Assembly: GCF_000760515.2 (NCBI RefSeq)
Contig: NW_013546132.1
Location: 1 to 64,000 of the forward strand
Reading direction: 5' to 3'
DNA length: 64,000 bases
DNA from: Mitosporidium daphniae
Lineage: Eukaryota
Position numbers and translations under genes: made by a program. The notes under the pieces were generated by a model. That model had not been told where the DNA came from and did no database searches. It was given only the letters and a program-made list of their open reading frames with translations. Positions 45,153 through 57,454 of the stretch are shown piece after piece; the stretch's first letter is position 1; every line of letters begins with the position of its first letter.

Positions 45153-46379
45153 TTAATTAGTGTGTTTTTTGTTGAAAACCGATTTCAATTGATCCAACAT
45201 AGTGGCATGGCAAGTGTCGTCGCATGTAAAAATGGACTTTAAATTTTCTTTAGCAATTGCCTGATATGTTTTCATTGACTTTCTTATCGTGTCGGACCAT
45301 CTAAGCGACAAACTTTCTTTGTGAATTTCTTCAAACTCAGCACTTGTGTCCCATTCGAATCTCGACAAGTTGAAAGCCCGAGTGATGTACGTTGATGTTG
45401 CTATCAAGGGGTCCATTTCTACTGAATCAAATTTGCTTTTCAAGACCGATCCATCAATCCATTTAAATTCGGAATCCTTGTGCCAAGAATCTTGTCGCCG
45501 TGAATATTGCCTAGAAGAGGCCTTAAATAAATCCACATAGTTTCTAAATTTAGCAAGCACCTCTTTGGTTTTAAAAAACTCATCCTGCTCATCTGCAGTT
45601 ATTGAGCTATATTTGACCCAAAGCGATTCGATAAAGTCGATAGTTTCTGAGTAACCGATGGCCCGCCCCGCCGAGTAATCTTTTTTTAGGCCTTGCAGCC
45701 ACAGTTCACCAACCTCTCTTAGCAAGCCATTTGAAATCATTTTCTCGCATCTACAATCAATGGAGAGAGACAGGGTCGGCCTATCTTTAGACAAATAAAA
45801 ACATCTAAAATCGTATTTCATGTCCTCTTTTGTTGGTTTGAAAGAAGACATGGGTTGGTTGGTTTGCAGATGATTGGCGATTGCTCTTTTTAGACGATAT
45901 CTATCATTTTTGTATAAAGAAGCCGCATATTCAGGATCAACTGCTTTAAGCAAGTTTATAGCTTCTTCCCAATCGCAATTGTCGGTCATTTGGTCGACGA
46001 CAGCAAGAATTTCTTTTGAAGGCGGAGGGCATGATGGTCTTCCTTGGACGATCCATTTTGTGTAAAATCCGGTTCCACCCACCAAAAGAGGGATTTTTCC
46101 TCGACTTGTTATTTCCTCTATTTTTCCAAGGCAAAGGGAATGAAAATCTGCGTTGGTAAAATTCTTTTCTTTCCACGAAACAATGTCTATCAAATGTTGG
46201 GGAACTGGTAATCCCAGCTCTTTGTTTGATCCTATCACCAGCTCCTTGTAAATCTGAACGCTATCGCAGGAGATAATTTCTCCATCTAGCAAAGAGCTTA
46301 AAAGAACCGCTATGGCGGTCTTTCCTACGCCAGTTGGGCCGGAAAGGATCAATACTTTTTTTAAAGGATGTGGATTCAT
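45153..46379 (-). CDS. tRNA dimethylallyltransferase, MiaA/AtIPT9-type (no C-terminal zinc finger)
   Basis: [42 protein letters not shown]. Confidence 0.9.
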   Translation of the reverse strand: MNPHPLKKVLILSGPTGVGKTAIAVLLSSLLDGEIISCDSVQIYKELVIGSNKELGLPVPQHLIDIVSWKEKNFTNADFHSLCLGKIEEITSRGKIPLLVGGTGFYTKWIVQGRPSCPPPSKEILAVVDQMTDNCDWEEAINLLKAVDPEYAASLYKNDRYRLKRAIANHLQTNQPMSSFKPTKEDMKYDFRCFYLSKDRPTLSLSIDCRCEKMISNGLLREVGELWLQGLKKDYSAGRAIGYSETIDFIESLWVKYSSITADEQDEFFKTKEVLAKFRNYVDLFKASSRQYSRRQDSWHKDSEFKWIDGSVLKSKFDSVEMDPLIATSTYITRAFNLSRFEWDTSAEFEEIHKESLSLRWSDTIRKSMKTYQAIAKENLKSIFTCDDTCHATMLDQLKSVFNKKHTN

Positions 46380-46403
46380 TTTTAAAAAACTTTACTATTC
46401 AAC

Positions 46404-46712
46404 TTACGCCTCGCCACATTTGGCCCTTAATCGTCTTACTTCTTTCCTAAGATATTCGACCTCTTCCTCCAAGTGTTTTATTTTTTCTGGAGCTCCATTG
46501 TGGACGATATTGACGATGTTATGCTAATTACGAATTAAACAGGCAAAGAATACCTTTTGAAGTGCGAATTGGCGCACTAGGTCCAAGTGCAGATTTTGAA
46601 TGTCATGCCTTAAAATAATTAAATTATCGCCTATTGCGTCTTCTGCTGGCTTTGAGGGTGTGGCGTGGGGTTCAAAGGGGGCTTTAGGGCTTTCTCCGCA
46701 AGTTATAGCCAT
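46404..46712 (-). CDS. Small protein resembling the NEDD1 C-terminal gamma-tubulin-binding helix; intron 46524-46553
   Basis: DIQNLHLDLVRQFALQK|HNIVNIV...LEEEVEYLRKEVRRLR. Confidence 0.6.
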
Positions 46713-46909
46713 TAAAATATATATTAGGGAGCAGAGGTCCAAATTAAGATGGAAAGGCGAAATTCCAATTGCTAAATTGTACATTCCCTTGCTTTGTAAT
46801 TAAAAGTTTGACAGCATTAACATGGACCAATAGGAAAATTCTTAATGAATAAGCTATAAAACTTAAATAAAGTTGTCTTCATTGGATTACAAAATCGATT
46901 TAAAGTCTC

Positions 46910-47224
46910 ATGTCGGGCAACAAATCGTGCTGTTCGACGCAATCTTGCAACAGCCAAGACGCCATCAGCAATTCTTGTGGTGCTAATTGCAATTGTGGCA
47001 GTGATTGTAGCTGCGCCTCGTCAAATATCCAATCATGTGATTGTTCAAGAACAACCGGCGATTTATCCAGAGCAAGGGTGTGCACTTGCGGAGACATCTG
47101 CAAATGCAAGGCTCCCGTTGAAGCCAAATGCCAATGTTCAAGAGCAACTGGAGACCTAAACTCGGCGCATGTATGCTCTTGTGGGGATGTTTGTGCTTGC
47201 TCACATCCACGAAACAAACAATGA
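46910..47224 (+). CDS. Metallothionein-like Cys-rich protein
   Basis: 20 Cys in 104 aa, mostly CxC, no aromatic residues. Confidence 0.8.
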   Translation: MSGNKSCCSTQSCNSQDAISNSCGANCNCGSDCSCASSNIQSCDCSRTTGDLSRARVCTCGDICKCKAPVEAKCQCSRATGDLNSAHVCSCGDVCACSHPRNKQ

Positions 47225-47280
47225 TGAATAAATAAGTGTTCATAGTTTCATCCATAAAGAGGTGTCAATGGTTTCTTTGA

Positions 47281-47571
47281 TTAAAGTATCTCAAGGAAGT
47301 CTTTAGGCACTGAATGGTTCCTAAAACTCTCCTTAAATCGGCATTCCTCTAGATTAATGGGGATGGGTTCAAACTCAGGAAGCTCTTTTTGGATTGCATC
47401 CATCAAATTAAGCTTATCAATGGAGTTTTGGGTGGGTAAGTCATTTTCAAGCATCGAATGATAGGATTTTTTACGCTGCGAATAAAAATAATAAGAGTAG
47501 AAGACCAAAACCAGCGACAGGTAGATTATAAAGCGGACCGATTGAAATATCATTTTTGCACAAAAGCACAA
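47281..47571 (-). CDS. Small hypothetical single-pass membrane protein
   Basis: Hydrophobic FIIYLSLVLVFYSYYF followed by RKK. Confidence 0.45.
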   Translation of the reverse strand: MCFCAKMIFQSVRFIIYLSLVLVFYSYYFYSQRKKSYHSMLENDLPTQNSIDKLNLMDAIQKELPEFEPIPINLEECRFKESFRNHSVPKDFLEIL

Positions 47572-47717
47572 TGTTAATTGGGGCTACTTATTTGAAAAAT
47601 AACCGAGTAACAATGGAGCATTAAATTAAATTAATTTGGAACCAGTTAGTGCATTGATTAAAAGCAATGTAGCTATTTTGTGCTAACCCTAAATGGTATT
47701 TTTATCTTTCCTTCATT

Positions 47718-50700
47718 ATGCTTGAAGCGAGTGCCTTTGAAGCGATATTTATGGAATTTTTTTCGTGGACAAGCAAATCTGACCAAAACGAACGCGAAGA
47801 AAATATTTTTTCTTTGAGGATAGTTCCGTTTGTCAAGAGCGAAATGGAGGTTCTTCTTGAGATCACATTGTCCAAGGGATATCCAGAAGTTGCCCCGAAA
47901 ATCGAGATGAAGGAAACAAAGGGTCTCAATCTTAATATGATAAGCGATGTCAATGCGTTGATAGCCAAAAACGTGCAGGAGACATCAAACGATGATACGG
48001 TTTATTCGCTTTATCAGGAGATAAGGGTATTTTTGCACGCTTATTTTTAGATTTTGCTGGATAGCTTTGAGTCCGCTCCTTCTATTTATGACCAAATGAT
48101 GTCTAGAAAAAAGATCGAGTCCGATAAAGCGATACTTGACCACCGCAAAGATCTTTCCATCATCAATAAGAACGATGGGCACTGCATTACTCATGTTGAT
48201 GAAAACATGACCAATTTAGAGTTTAAAATCACTGAAACTCTCAAGATCAAACAGTCCCTTTTGAAGGAAAAGATCGAGCACTCGCATGAGCCAGATCAAG
48301 CGCATTTGGACAAGGTTCCGGAAAAGCTTTTTTTGAAAGAAGTTGATTTGAAAGGCGCCAAATATAATTTTCTCCTTGCAAATCGGCGGTTTGAGAGGCA
48401 AAACTTTGTTGCGGAAAAGTTTTTCTTTGAAAAGCAAATTTCAAAGCTCGATTTTCTAGATATCACCGAGTACTTTGGGTTTTTGGTGCTCAAAAACCTC
48501 AAGAAAAACGAGCATTTTTCGTTCCCAGTGGTGATATACGAAATTCCGGTGTCCATGAAGTACTATCTCTTTTCCGAAAACGGGTCAGCCAAAATATGCG
48601 GCTTTCTAAATGGGCTGCAAAACAACTTTGACGGCTTCTTTGAAATATACAGTGCACATTATTTGGTGCCTCCCGTGGAATCCGATAAAGGCGGATCCAT
48701 TTTTATTGCGCAAGAGTGACTTATGATGCTTTTATGCCTAGATTTGACTCGAGATTCGTACCTATTCATGATCTGCTATCCATATGTGGTTCCATATTAA
48801 GCATCAATTCCTGGTTTACTATGACCAAGCAGCTCTTACAGGTCCTCGAGTCCGTGGAGCACACGTCCCTTATTCTCTTCCCAAGTACTTAGTTTGGTAA
48901 TCTCTTTCCCTAGGCTTGAGCTCGCATACGGTTTATTCAAATTTCACCAATACACCAAAATTGTCGCTGGTAAAATTTTCCTCATTGACTAAGTTATTAA
49001 AACTCCATCTTGATAAACCTTTTTCCAAGACCAAAATCCCCACTCTCCCGATTTAGTAGGATATGTAGTGTTTTATTTAGCTCTGCACCTGAGCTCGGTT
49101 GTGCGATTAAAAACCTTTTTTGCTGCGATTCCCAAAAGATTGACGTGTGGAGTTTTGGGCTTTACTCTCTCGAATTGCTCAATGGATTAAATTGCATAAA
49201 GAGATTTTCGGAATTTAAAATCCAAGATTGTAAGCTACGCTGCTCACCTTAGATGTCGAAACAATTCCAATCCATTTTGTCGACATGTTCAGATCGATCT
49301 TCAATCCAAACCCCAATGAGCGCATTTCATTCGATCGGATGATGAAAACATATTTTTCAAACGACGATCTTGTAGAGCATCTGGGCATTTCAAGGACGCT
49401 ATTGGCTACTAAAAAGCCCAATTTAACCGATTCTTTCGATCTGCACCAGCCCAAGTACCCATCTCATTCCCGGTACTACAGTGACTTTGAGGAGCTTGAA
49501 TTTCTTGGCAAAGGCGGGTTTGGAGAAGTTGTCAAAGTCAGGAACAAGCTGGACAATCGGTTTTACGCCATCAAACGCATCAAGCTCAAGTCGTTCAACC
49601 AGAACCTGAACAAAAAATTGTTGCGAGAAGTGCTAGCCATTTCTCGCCTGCATCATGAAAATATCGTTAGGTATTACCAAGCCTGGCTTGAGGGAGATGA
49701 AGATCCAGACAATGCAGACGAAGATCCAGAAAATGCAGATAAACGTCCAGAGTCGGACTCGGAAACGTTGGATACGGCACAAAATTTGAGCCAACCTCTT
49801 GAATCCGATGAGGATTACATCGTTTTCGGGAATGAAAATACACCCACCACTACTTACGATTGGTTTGTGTTTGACAACGACAATGAGTCGATCGTGGAAT
49901 ATTGTAAGATTTGGCGTTATCTGATCGGGCTAGGTGGCATGAAACAGCCAGATACGTATTCGATGGGGAACATACCCACCAATCGATCCTCCCTTTGTCT
50001 GTATATTCAAATGGAATTTTGTCCAAACAAGACATTGCGAGACCTGATTGATGATGGGCTTGAAGTTACCGAAGCATGGAGATTATTTCGCCAGATCATT
50101 GAGGCTCTTGTCCATATCCACGGGCAAGGAATGATTCACCGAGATTTGAAGCCGTCAAATATCTTTTTGGACTCAAAAGGAGATGTCAAAGTACTGATAT
50201 GACATGTTGTAATTGCAGGTGGGAGACTTTGGGCTTACTTTTTTCGACGAGACGTGCAATAATTCTGAAAGCACCGTAAATAGCAATACCGCAGAGGCAA
50301 ATTATCCGCTCGTTTCGGACATCTCGCTAACGCTTGGTACTTTTAAGCTGCTCCTATCTTTAGATGTTGGAACTCCGTTTTATCAAGGACCTGAACTGGC
50401 AATTACTGGGTTCAAATACAACCAACGAATTGACATGTATTCGTTGGGCATCATTTTCTTTGAAATGTTTCATGGCCCTTTTGAGACAAAAATGGAGCGT
50501 GCGATCTTGCTGAATGCCCTACGCGCACCTGAAATATGCTTGCCTTCCGAGTGGGAAGCCAAAAGAACGCCGGATGAGACGAATCTACTGAAGTTGCTAT
50601 TGGCCCACAATCCAAAGGTACACGCTGATTGCTCGTAACGCTAGGATCGGCTTTCATCAAAGGAATTGCTGGGAAGTCCCTATTTGCCTCCTAAATTGGT

Positions 50701-52988
50701 ACACCCGTGCTTGCCAATTTCAATTAGGAAGAACAATACATACAAGAGGCCATTAGAACGATCATTAAGCCGGGCACCCCCTATTATTCCAAGTTGGTGC
50801 AATCTCTATTCAAGATTCCCGTGGATCCGCATCGAGATTATACTTTTGACTTTAATTCGGTAACGATTGGCGCTAATCGCGATTAGGGAACCTCGTTTGA
50901 CCTGCCAATCAGCATTGCAATTGAAAAGGTGGCCACCTTTTTGGCGCGAGTTTTTAGACGCCATTGTGGCATCGAAATGATTCTTCCCCAAATTCAGCCG
51001 CAGTCTTCGATTAGCCAATATATTGGAACTGCAGCAACCTTTCTGGACGCGGACGGGCAACTGATCGTTTTGTCGTTTGATGGAATCGTCAATTCGGCAA
51101 GATATCTTTGCCGCAATGACATCCATTCCGTTCGAAAATATACTTTCGATAGAGTTTTCAAGTATCTTTGCCCATTGTGAACTTAGAAAAAATCCTGCCG
51201 GAGGACTTCCAAAACAGACTTTGGAATCCGATTTTACCATCCTATCGCCGCCCGTGACAAGCGAGACTCCACTTCCCTTTGCTCTGTTTGACGAAACTGA
51301 GGTCGTTAAAATTTCCATTGAAGTTCTTGAGGAGATCATGAAAAACAAGGCATCCTCGGTCATTATTAGGGTATGTTGGGTTGCCATGCTTATGTAGATT
51401 AACCACACTTTTATTGTTGAAGCACTTGCTTCTTTATGTGAAATCCCCCTATCAACGCTGTCCAAAATAATGAATGGCATTTATCCAGCAATTTCCCCAT
51501 CGACCTCTTGGAATAAGTTCAAGGACTTTTCGATGAAGCAATTTGATTTGTCTGAGCATTCCTTTTCCTGCTTAAAGCAAGTTGCGCTTATCAAGGGAAG
51601 CTTTGAAGACTCTTTTGCAAAGCTGGAAGATATCTTTCGAGTCAACAGAAAGAGCGGAATGCTCAAGCAGGTCTCCACCATTTTAAAGGCATTTTTCAAT
51701 AACATCCGAGCAATTGGCTGCTCAAATCAAGTATGGCGCGCATATTGGACTAATTGCAGATACACTTTGTCCCCCTTCTTTGCTATCACTACGAGTGCTT
51801 TCAGGGACTGATTTTCGATACCGTCAAAATTACAGGAGACTCTCCTCAAAGGGTTGATGTAATTTCGTCAGGCGGAAACTTTTCCAAACTGGTATGTGTA
51901 TTTGAGCATGCCGATAACTTATTAGTTTGATTTTTATAAGATCCCGAGCAAGGCTCGAGCAAACCACTCTTTGGTGTCCGTTTCGTTTTCCATTTCCAAA
52001 TTGATACAATTTCTTCCTGAATATAACAACTCTCAAATTATGGTATGCGAGGCAGTGCGCTGATATTTAGGTGCGTCAACGGCAAAGAATATTTGCTGAT
52101 GTCTGTGTGTTTACGATAGAGCATGCTCTGTTTGAGGAAGCCCTGAAGATTATCAATGGAATCTGGCTGAATGGCATACGTGTATGTTGGATACCCAATT
52201 TATTTTTAGTCGATCATCTTGAATTTTGACTCGTACGACGAGGCCATTACGTTTTGCAAACGTCGCTACATACCGTGGGTTGTCTTCATAAAAGACTACC
52301 ATTACGGGTCTTCGGCAGGAGGCTCTGGCACCTCTGGTTCGTCAATTTCGATAAAGCTCAAGCACGTTGAAAAAAAGCTTGAATTCGATTTTCCTTTTGG
52401 CGACATCACCTCGACAATCGGATCGCTGGTTGGCCAAATATTGGATCCCCATAATTCGTTGCTACCGATATCGATATCCTCGTTCGAGCATCAAGTGATA
52501 TCGTCTTCGCTGATTTCATGCACGCATCATTCATCTTCTGAAATCGACTCGTCACCACTGGCGCAAGGATTGGGAAGCATCTCGCCGCCAAGCATCTTTA
52601 CGTCACAGCGATTGTCTTTGTTTATTTTAAACAACGAAAAGGCCAAGTTTATGCACCGCTCTTATTTGGAGAAAAGTATGGCATGCATGGTTTCTTAACT
52701 TTAGTTACAAAGCACATTCAAATGATGTGCGTCTCCATGGGAATTTCGTTTTCAAAGCCCAAAATTGAAGTGATGATCTATGATTTTCAGTTTCCCATTC
52801 TCGAAGAGCTCATCTCATTGGATGGGAATGAGGAGGAGTTCAAGAAGATCGTGCATCAGTGTTCAGAACACGAAGATTCCATGTTACGATGGAAATCATA
52901 CATTTCCAACCTGAAGGCCAGAAAAATATCTTCATATTTCAGTTACGGCGTCAAATCGGATCTTCTTACATTCCACGAGCTCAAATAG
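47718..52988 (+). CDS. GCN2: eIF2-alpha kinase Gcn2, about 17 tiny introns
   Basis: RWD (YPEVAP), pseudokinase, kinase (SRYYSDFEELEFLGKGGFGEV, LYIQMEFC, HRDLKPSN, GDFGL), HisRS-like region. Confidence 0.93.
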
Positions 52989-53092
52989 GCGTGTCCCGTG
53001 GGCCAGGCCCTGTATTGAAAAGCCATGGCAACTCAAGTGCAATGGCGTCAAAATAAAATGTGTCAAGCGGTGGGGTAATTTAATTAAAAAAT

Positions 53093-54200
53093 TTATTGCA
53101 TAACAGACTCTTTGAATTCAGCAATCTTCTTTGCAATGTTGGCCTTGCGCTCCTCATAGGTAAGGCGCTGCTTCTTGAACGACTTGCTTCTTTCAGCCAT
53201 CTCGCTGACTTTCTTTTGGGAAGGTTTGAAGGATGGATCTTTACGGATCAGCTCGTGTGCTTTGGCATAAATACCCTTAATAGCATCAGCAGTTACGCCA
53301 TTTTTTATGTACTTGGAAAATTGCTTTTCGTACGATTCGTGATCATCTTCCTTGAGAAGGGTCATGTAATCGGCAACATGTTGGCCAAAAATATACTTGC
53401 GAAGAACATTGGTGTCGACCTTTTTCGTTTCCGTCGAGTATCCTGGGAAACGACGGTCAGAGTGGGGAACATAGATACCTCCATCAACGGCTCCCTTTAG
53501 GGCACCAAAGATGCGAGATCCAGTGGTGGTGCGTGAAAGACCAACGTCAAGAAAGGCTTTGAATGGGCGTGGACTATCATCGCCCTCAATGGAGTCGACA
53601 AGGAAATACTCGCCGTCGGCTTTTGCTTTGCCCTCGTACTTGGAATCGAGGCCAAGCTTTGCAAGTGCACGACGAGCACAAAGAAGACCAGTACAATACG
53701 CGGATGCAAAGTTGGTGAGCCCTACTTTTACACCATAGCGAGGAAGCTCATGGGCATAAGCAGATGCAAACACAATGTCTCCCTGAATGCGAGCATACAT
53801 GATTTGGCAAACAATATCGGTGTTGGTAATGCGAACAACAAGACGGTATTTGGGGGTGTTGTACTTGTTCTTGGCCTGAACAACTAAGCGCTTGCGTGCA
53901 TAGTAGTCGGTTTTGCCCTCTACAAATTAAAGCGAAATAAAATGGCAGATAAAAAGCCTCAGATAGGAGCGAAAGAACAAATTCATTCAGCATGCTTAGT
54001 ATCTTAGCTGATATTGTATCTTCACAGGCAAAAAATTGAGCAGTTACTTACCTCTTCTCCTGCGATACTTTACTTGGAAACGTTTAAAGTAAGCCTTATT
54101 TTTAACAAGTTTCACAAACGGCTAAAAATTGTAAAAATGTTCTCCCTTGATGATGGATGAAATAGTTGTGGTGGGATGTGGGGACAAGATGGCTTACCAT
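53093..54200 (-). CDS. RPL5: 60S ribosomal protein uL18/L5; introns 54122-54197 (directly after ATG) and 53920-54051
   Basis: [50 protein letters not shown]. Confidence 0.97.
53956..54029 (-). ncRNA. Intronic box C/D snoRNA, snR60/SNORD80 (U80)-like
   Basis: Terminal stem GCCT/AGGC, C-box variant GTGAAGA, guide TCTTTCGCTCCTAT directly before D box CTGA, complementary to conserved LSU rRNA ATAGGGGCGAAAGA. Confidence 0.85.
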
Positions 54201-54381
54201 TGATGCGAGATAATAAAATTTTAATTTAACAGCCCCAAGTTTAAAATTTAAAATCGGCTCGAATTTAGGGTTAACCCTGGCCCTTTCCATGATTGAATCG
54301 ATAATTTCTAGAAAATTCAATACAAAAACCTTAATAAACGCATGCCGAAATTGACACAATTTTGATACAAAACATCCAGTG

Positions 54382-57132
54382 ATGAAACCAGATTCATTCA
54401 CCATTCGTGCAGCAGAAGTTGTGGAGCAGGCAGAGAAGCACTGTAGAAGTCAGGGGCATCCTGAAATAACACCGCTACATCTTCTTTCTGCCCTTATTTC
54501 GGAGCGGGGAGGCATCATACATCAAATTGCGTCAAAAAAAGGTGTTGATGTCAAGGAAATAGAAAAGGGTGTCAACGAGGCCTTGGAAAAGCTTTCACGC
54601 CAATTTCCAGGCCCTCCAAACTTGGGATACTCCCGCTCGTTCATTAGCATGTTAGAAAAAGCACACGATGTGATGTCCTTTTTCGGAGATTCGCATATTG
54701 CCATAGATGTCCTGGTAATTGCACTAGCAAATGTGCGGGAGACAAAGGCGATTTTTTCAGCAGCTGGTCTTTCTCCCGTTGATATCGATGGGGCCGTGAA
54801 GGAGGCTCGAAAAGGAAAAACCGTTCAATCGATCACAAGCGATGCTTCTGGAGCAGGAGGAAATGTCGCTGGCAATTATCTTGCCAAATATGGTGTCAAT
54901 CTCGTTGAGCAGGCCATTTCAGGCAGCCTTGATCCTGTGATCGGAAGAGACGAGGAGATCCGCAGAGTTATAAGAGTGCTTTGCCGGCGTACCAAGAACA
55001 ACCCCATTCTGATTGGGCCCCCAGGTGTTGGTAAAACCGCAATTGTCGAGGGTCTTGCTCAAAGAATTGCAAGGGGAGATGTTCCTCGCACGTTGGAATG
55101 TCAATTACACACCCTGGACATGGGCCTCTTAGTTGCCGGGGCAAAGTATCGAGGTGAATTTGAGGAGCGAATCAAAGATGTCCTTGCTCAAGTGAAAGAG
55201 TCTAATGGCTCCATCATTCTTTTCATTGACGAGATCCATCTTGTTCTTGGCGCTGGCTCTTCTGGAGGCCCAGAGGGCGGTTCCATGGATGCGGCCAATC
55301 TTTTCAAGCCGATGCTTGCTCGCGGCGAGCTTAGGTGCATTGGAGCCACTACTCTGGACGAATATCGAAAGTACGTTGAGCGTGATGCCGCTTTTGAGAG
55401 GCGGTTCCAACCTGTCTATGTGGGGGAGCCTTCACTTCCTGATACCATCGCTATGATCCGTGGACTCAAAGAGAGATATGAGACGCATCATGGAGTCCGT
55501 ATTAGGGATTCGGCCATCGTATTGGCAGTGCAGCTGGCCTCTCGGTATATTACAAATCGCTTCCTTCCTGACAAAGCAATAGATTTGGTCGACGAAGCCT
55601 GTGCTGATGTACGTGTGGCTCTTGACTCTTTTCCGGAGGAAATAGATTCTCTTCAGAGACAAAAATTACGGCTTGAAATTGAGGTAACCGCTTTGGAAAA
55701 GGAAAAGGACCTCGAAGAAACCAGCAGGTCTCGACTTGTTGCCGTTAAAAAGAAGCTTGCCGATGTTGACTCCGCATTGGCTCCTCTTTTACATTCATAC
55801 GAGTCCACACGGGAAAGAATTAACGAAATGGCAGCTTTACAGAGAAAATTGGCCGACTTGCAGGCGAAACTTGCCGATGCCGTTCGAAAAAAAGACAAGA
55901 GTCTTGCTGCGGATCTTGAATTTGGGGCGATCCCCGACGTGGAGCAGCGTATTTCTGCGCTTCGCAGCTCGGAGCCTATCGATGTTATCGAAATGGCCAA
56001 TACTCAATCCGAGCCTGCACCGGCATCTTCCCCCAGTATTGCGGTAACAGAAGTGGTCGGGGAATCCCAAATTTTGGCCGTGGTGTCCAAATGGACTGGA
56101 ATTCCACTTAACCGCCTTAGCGAATCTGAGACGGAGAAGCTTCTTTCTCTCAAAGAACGGCTTTCCTCCAGAGTTCATGGCCAGCAGGAGGCTGTTTTGG
56201 CAGTCTCAGATGCCATACTGCGTAATAGGAGTGGGCTCTCTAGACCCTCCCAGCCGATTGGTAGCTTTCTGTTTTTGGGACCCACAGGCGTGGGTAAAAC
56301 TGAACTGGCAAAGGCCGTTGCTGCGGAGCTTTTTTTTGGCGGCGGCTCTGCAAATGCCTCGTCTCAACCATCTGGTAGCGGTACAACGACCCCTGTTTCT
56401 TCCTCTTCAATTGTACGCATCGATATGAGCGAATATATGGAAAAACACTCGGTCAGCAGATTGATAGGCGCGCCCCCCGGGTATGTCGGATATGGAGAAT
56501 CGGGACAGTTGACCGAGGCCATTCGACGGCGCCCCTACACTGTCGTTCTGTTTGATGAGGTGGAAAAGGCACATCCAGAAGTTCTTGACCTTCTTCTTCA
56601 AATCCTGGATGATGGCAGGCTCACAGATGGGCAGGGCCGTCTTGTTGACTTTACAAATACACTCGTCATTCTTACATCGAATGTGGGAATCCCACCTGCC
56701 GCCGCTACGTCATCCCTCGAATTTCGACGAGCGCTTATGGCCTATTTCCGGCCCGAATTCATCAATCGTCTTGACGACGTCATTCTTTTCCATAAACTGA
56801 ACAAGGCTGCGCTTTTCAAGATCATCGAAAGACTTGGTGAAGAAGAGATCAATTCCAGGCTTGAAGAAAAGCAGGTTCGCGTTGTCATTACCGAACAGGC
56901 AAAAGAGGCTATCATTGAGGCAGCATACGACGATGGCACTTTTGGAGCGAGACCGTTGAGGCGATTTATTGAGAAAACCATTGTGACTCCTTTGAGCCGT
57001 ATGCTTATTTCTGGCGCCCTTCCGAAGAATTCAATTGTCCAGGTTGGTGTGATGATGGTTGTTTCTTCTGAAGAAAGCTCTGATGAAACGGTCTCGTTTT
57101 CTTTTGATGTTAGCCCCGCTTTTCCTTCTTGA
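54382..57132 (+). CDS. HSP104: Hsp104/ClpB disaggregase, intronless
   Basis: Clp-N domain, [60 protein letters not shown]. Confidence 0.96.
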   Translation: MKPDSFTIRAAEVVEQAEKHCRSQGHPEITPLHLLSALISERGGIIHQIASKKGVDVKEIEKGVNEALEKLSRQFPGPPNLGYSRSFISMLEKAHDVMSFFGDSHIAIDVLVIALANVRETKAIFSAAGLSPVDIDGAVKEARKGKTVQSITSDASGAGGNVAGNYLAKYGVNLVEQAISGSLDPVIGRDEEIRRVIRVLCRRTKNNPILIGPPGVGKTAIVEGLAQRIARGDVPRTLECQLHTLDMGLLVAGAKYRGEFEERIKDVLAQVKESNGSIILFIDEIHLVLGAGSSGGPEGGSMDAANLFKPMLARGELRCIGATTLDEYRKYVERDAAFERRFQPVYVGEPSLPDTIAMIRGLKERYETHHGVRIRDSAIVLAVQLASRYITNRFLPDKAIDLVDEACADVRVALDSFPEEIDSLQRQKLRLEIEVTALEKEKDLEETSRSRLVAVKKKLADVDSALAPLLHSYESTRERINEMAALQRKLADLQAKLADAVRKKDKSLAADLEFGAIPDVEQRISALRSSEPIDVIEMANTQSEPAPASSPSIAVTEVVGESQILAVVSKWTGIPLNRLSESETEKLLSLKERLSSRVHGQQEAVLAVSDAILRNRSGLSRPSQPIGSFLFLGPTGVGKTELAKAVAAELFFGGGSANASSQPSGSGTTTPVSSSSIVRIDMSEYMEKHSVSRLIGAPPGYVGYGESGQLTEAIRRRPYTVVLFDEVEKAHPEVLDLLLQILDDGRLTDGQGRLVDFTNTLVILTSNVGIPPAAATSSLEFRRALMAYFRPEFINRLDDVILFHKLNKAALFKIIERLGEEEINSRLEEKQVRVVITEQAKEAIIEAAYDDGTFGARPLRRFIEKTIVTPLSRMLISGALPKNSIVQVGVMMVVSSEESSDETVSFSFDVSPAFPS

Positions 57133-57454
57133 TGGTTGGTTAATAAAACTTACTTGGACGTTGCGGAGCTATTGGTGCCTTCGAGCCGGTCAATAGTCTA
57201 CTTTTAAAAGCACCAGGTGGCCGGATAATCTTTACACAATGCATGCTCAACCGGGCATTCACATCAATAAACGGCCGTTGGCCTTAGTTTGGCATAGGTG
57301 TGACGGGCTTTACTTTTAGCGCTAAATTTGAAGCAAACATTGGATAGCATGCCATTGTTGCATGGATGGGCGCAAGCAAGTACCAGGGTCTACTTTTTGT
57401 CAAAAGATGAAATTGGGATGGAGCGGTGTGCACTGGTCAGATAGATGTTTATTG

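Noticed and set aside
57133..57454. 320-nt convergent gap with a small hairpin
   Set aside because: No recognisable RNA motif or convincing ORF
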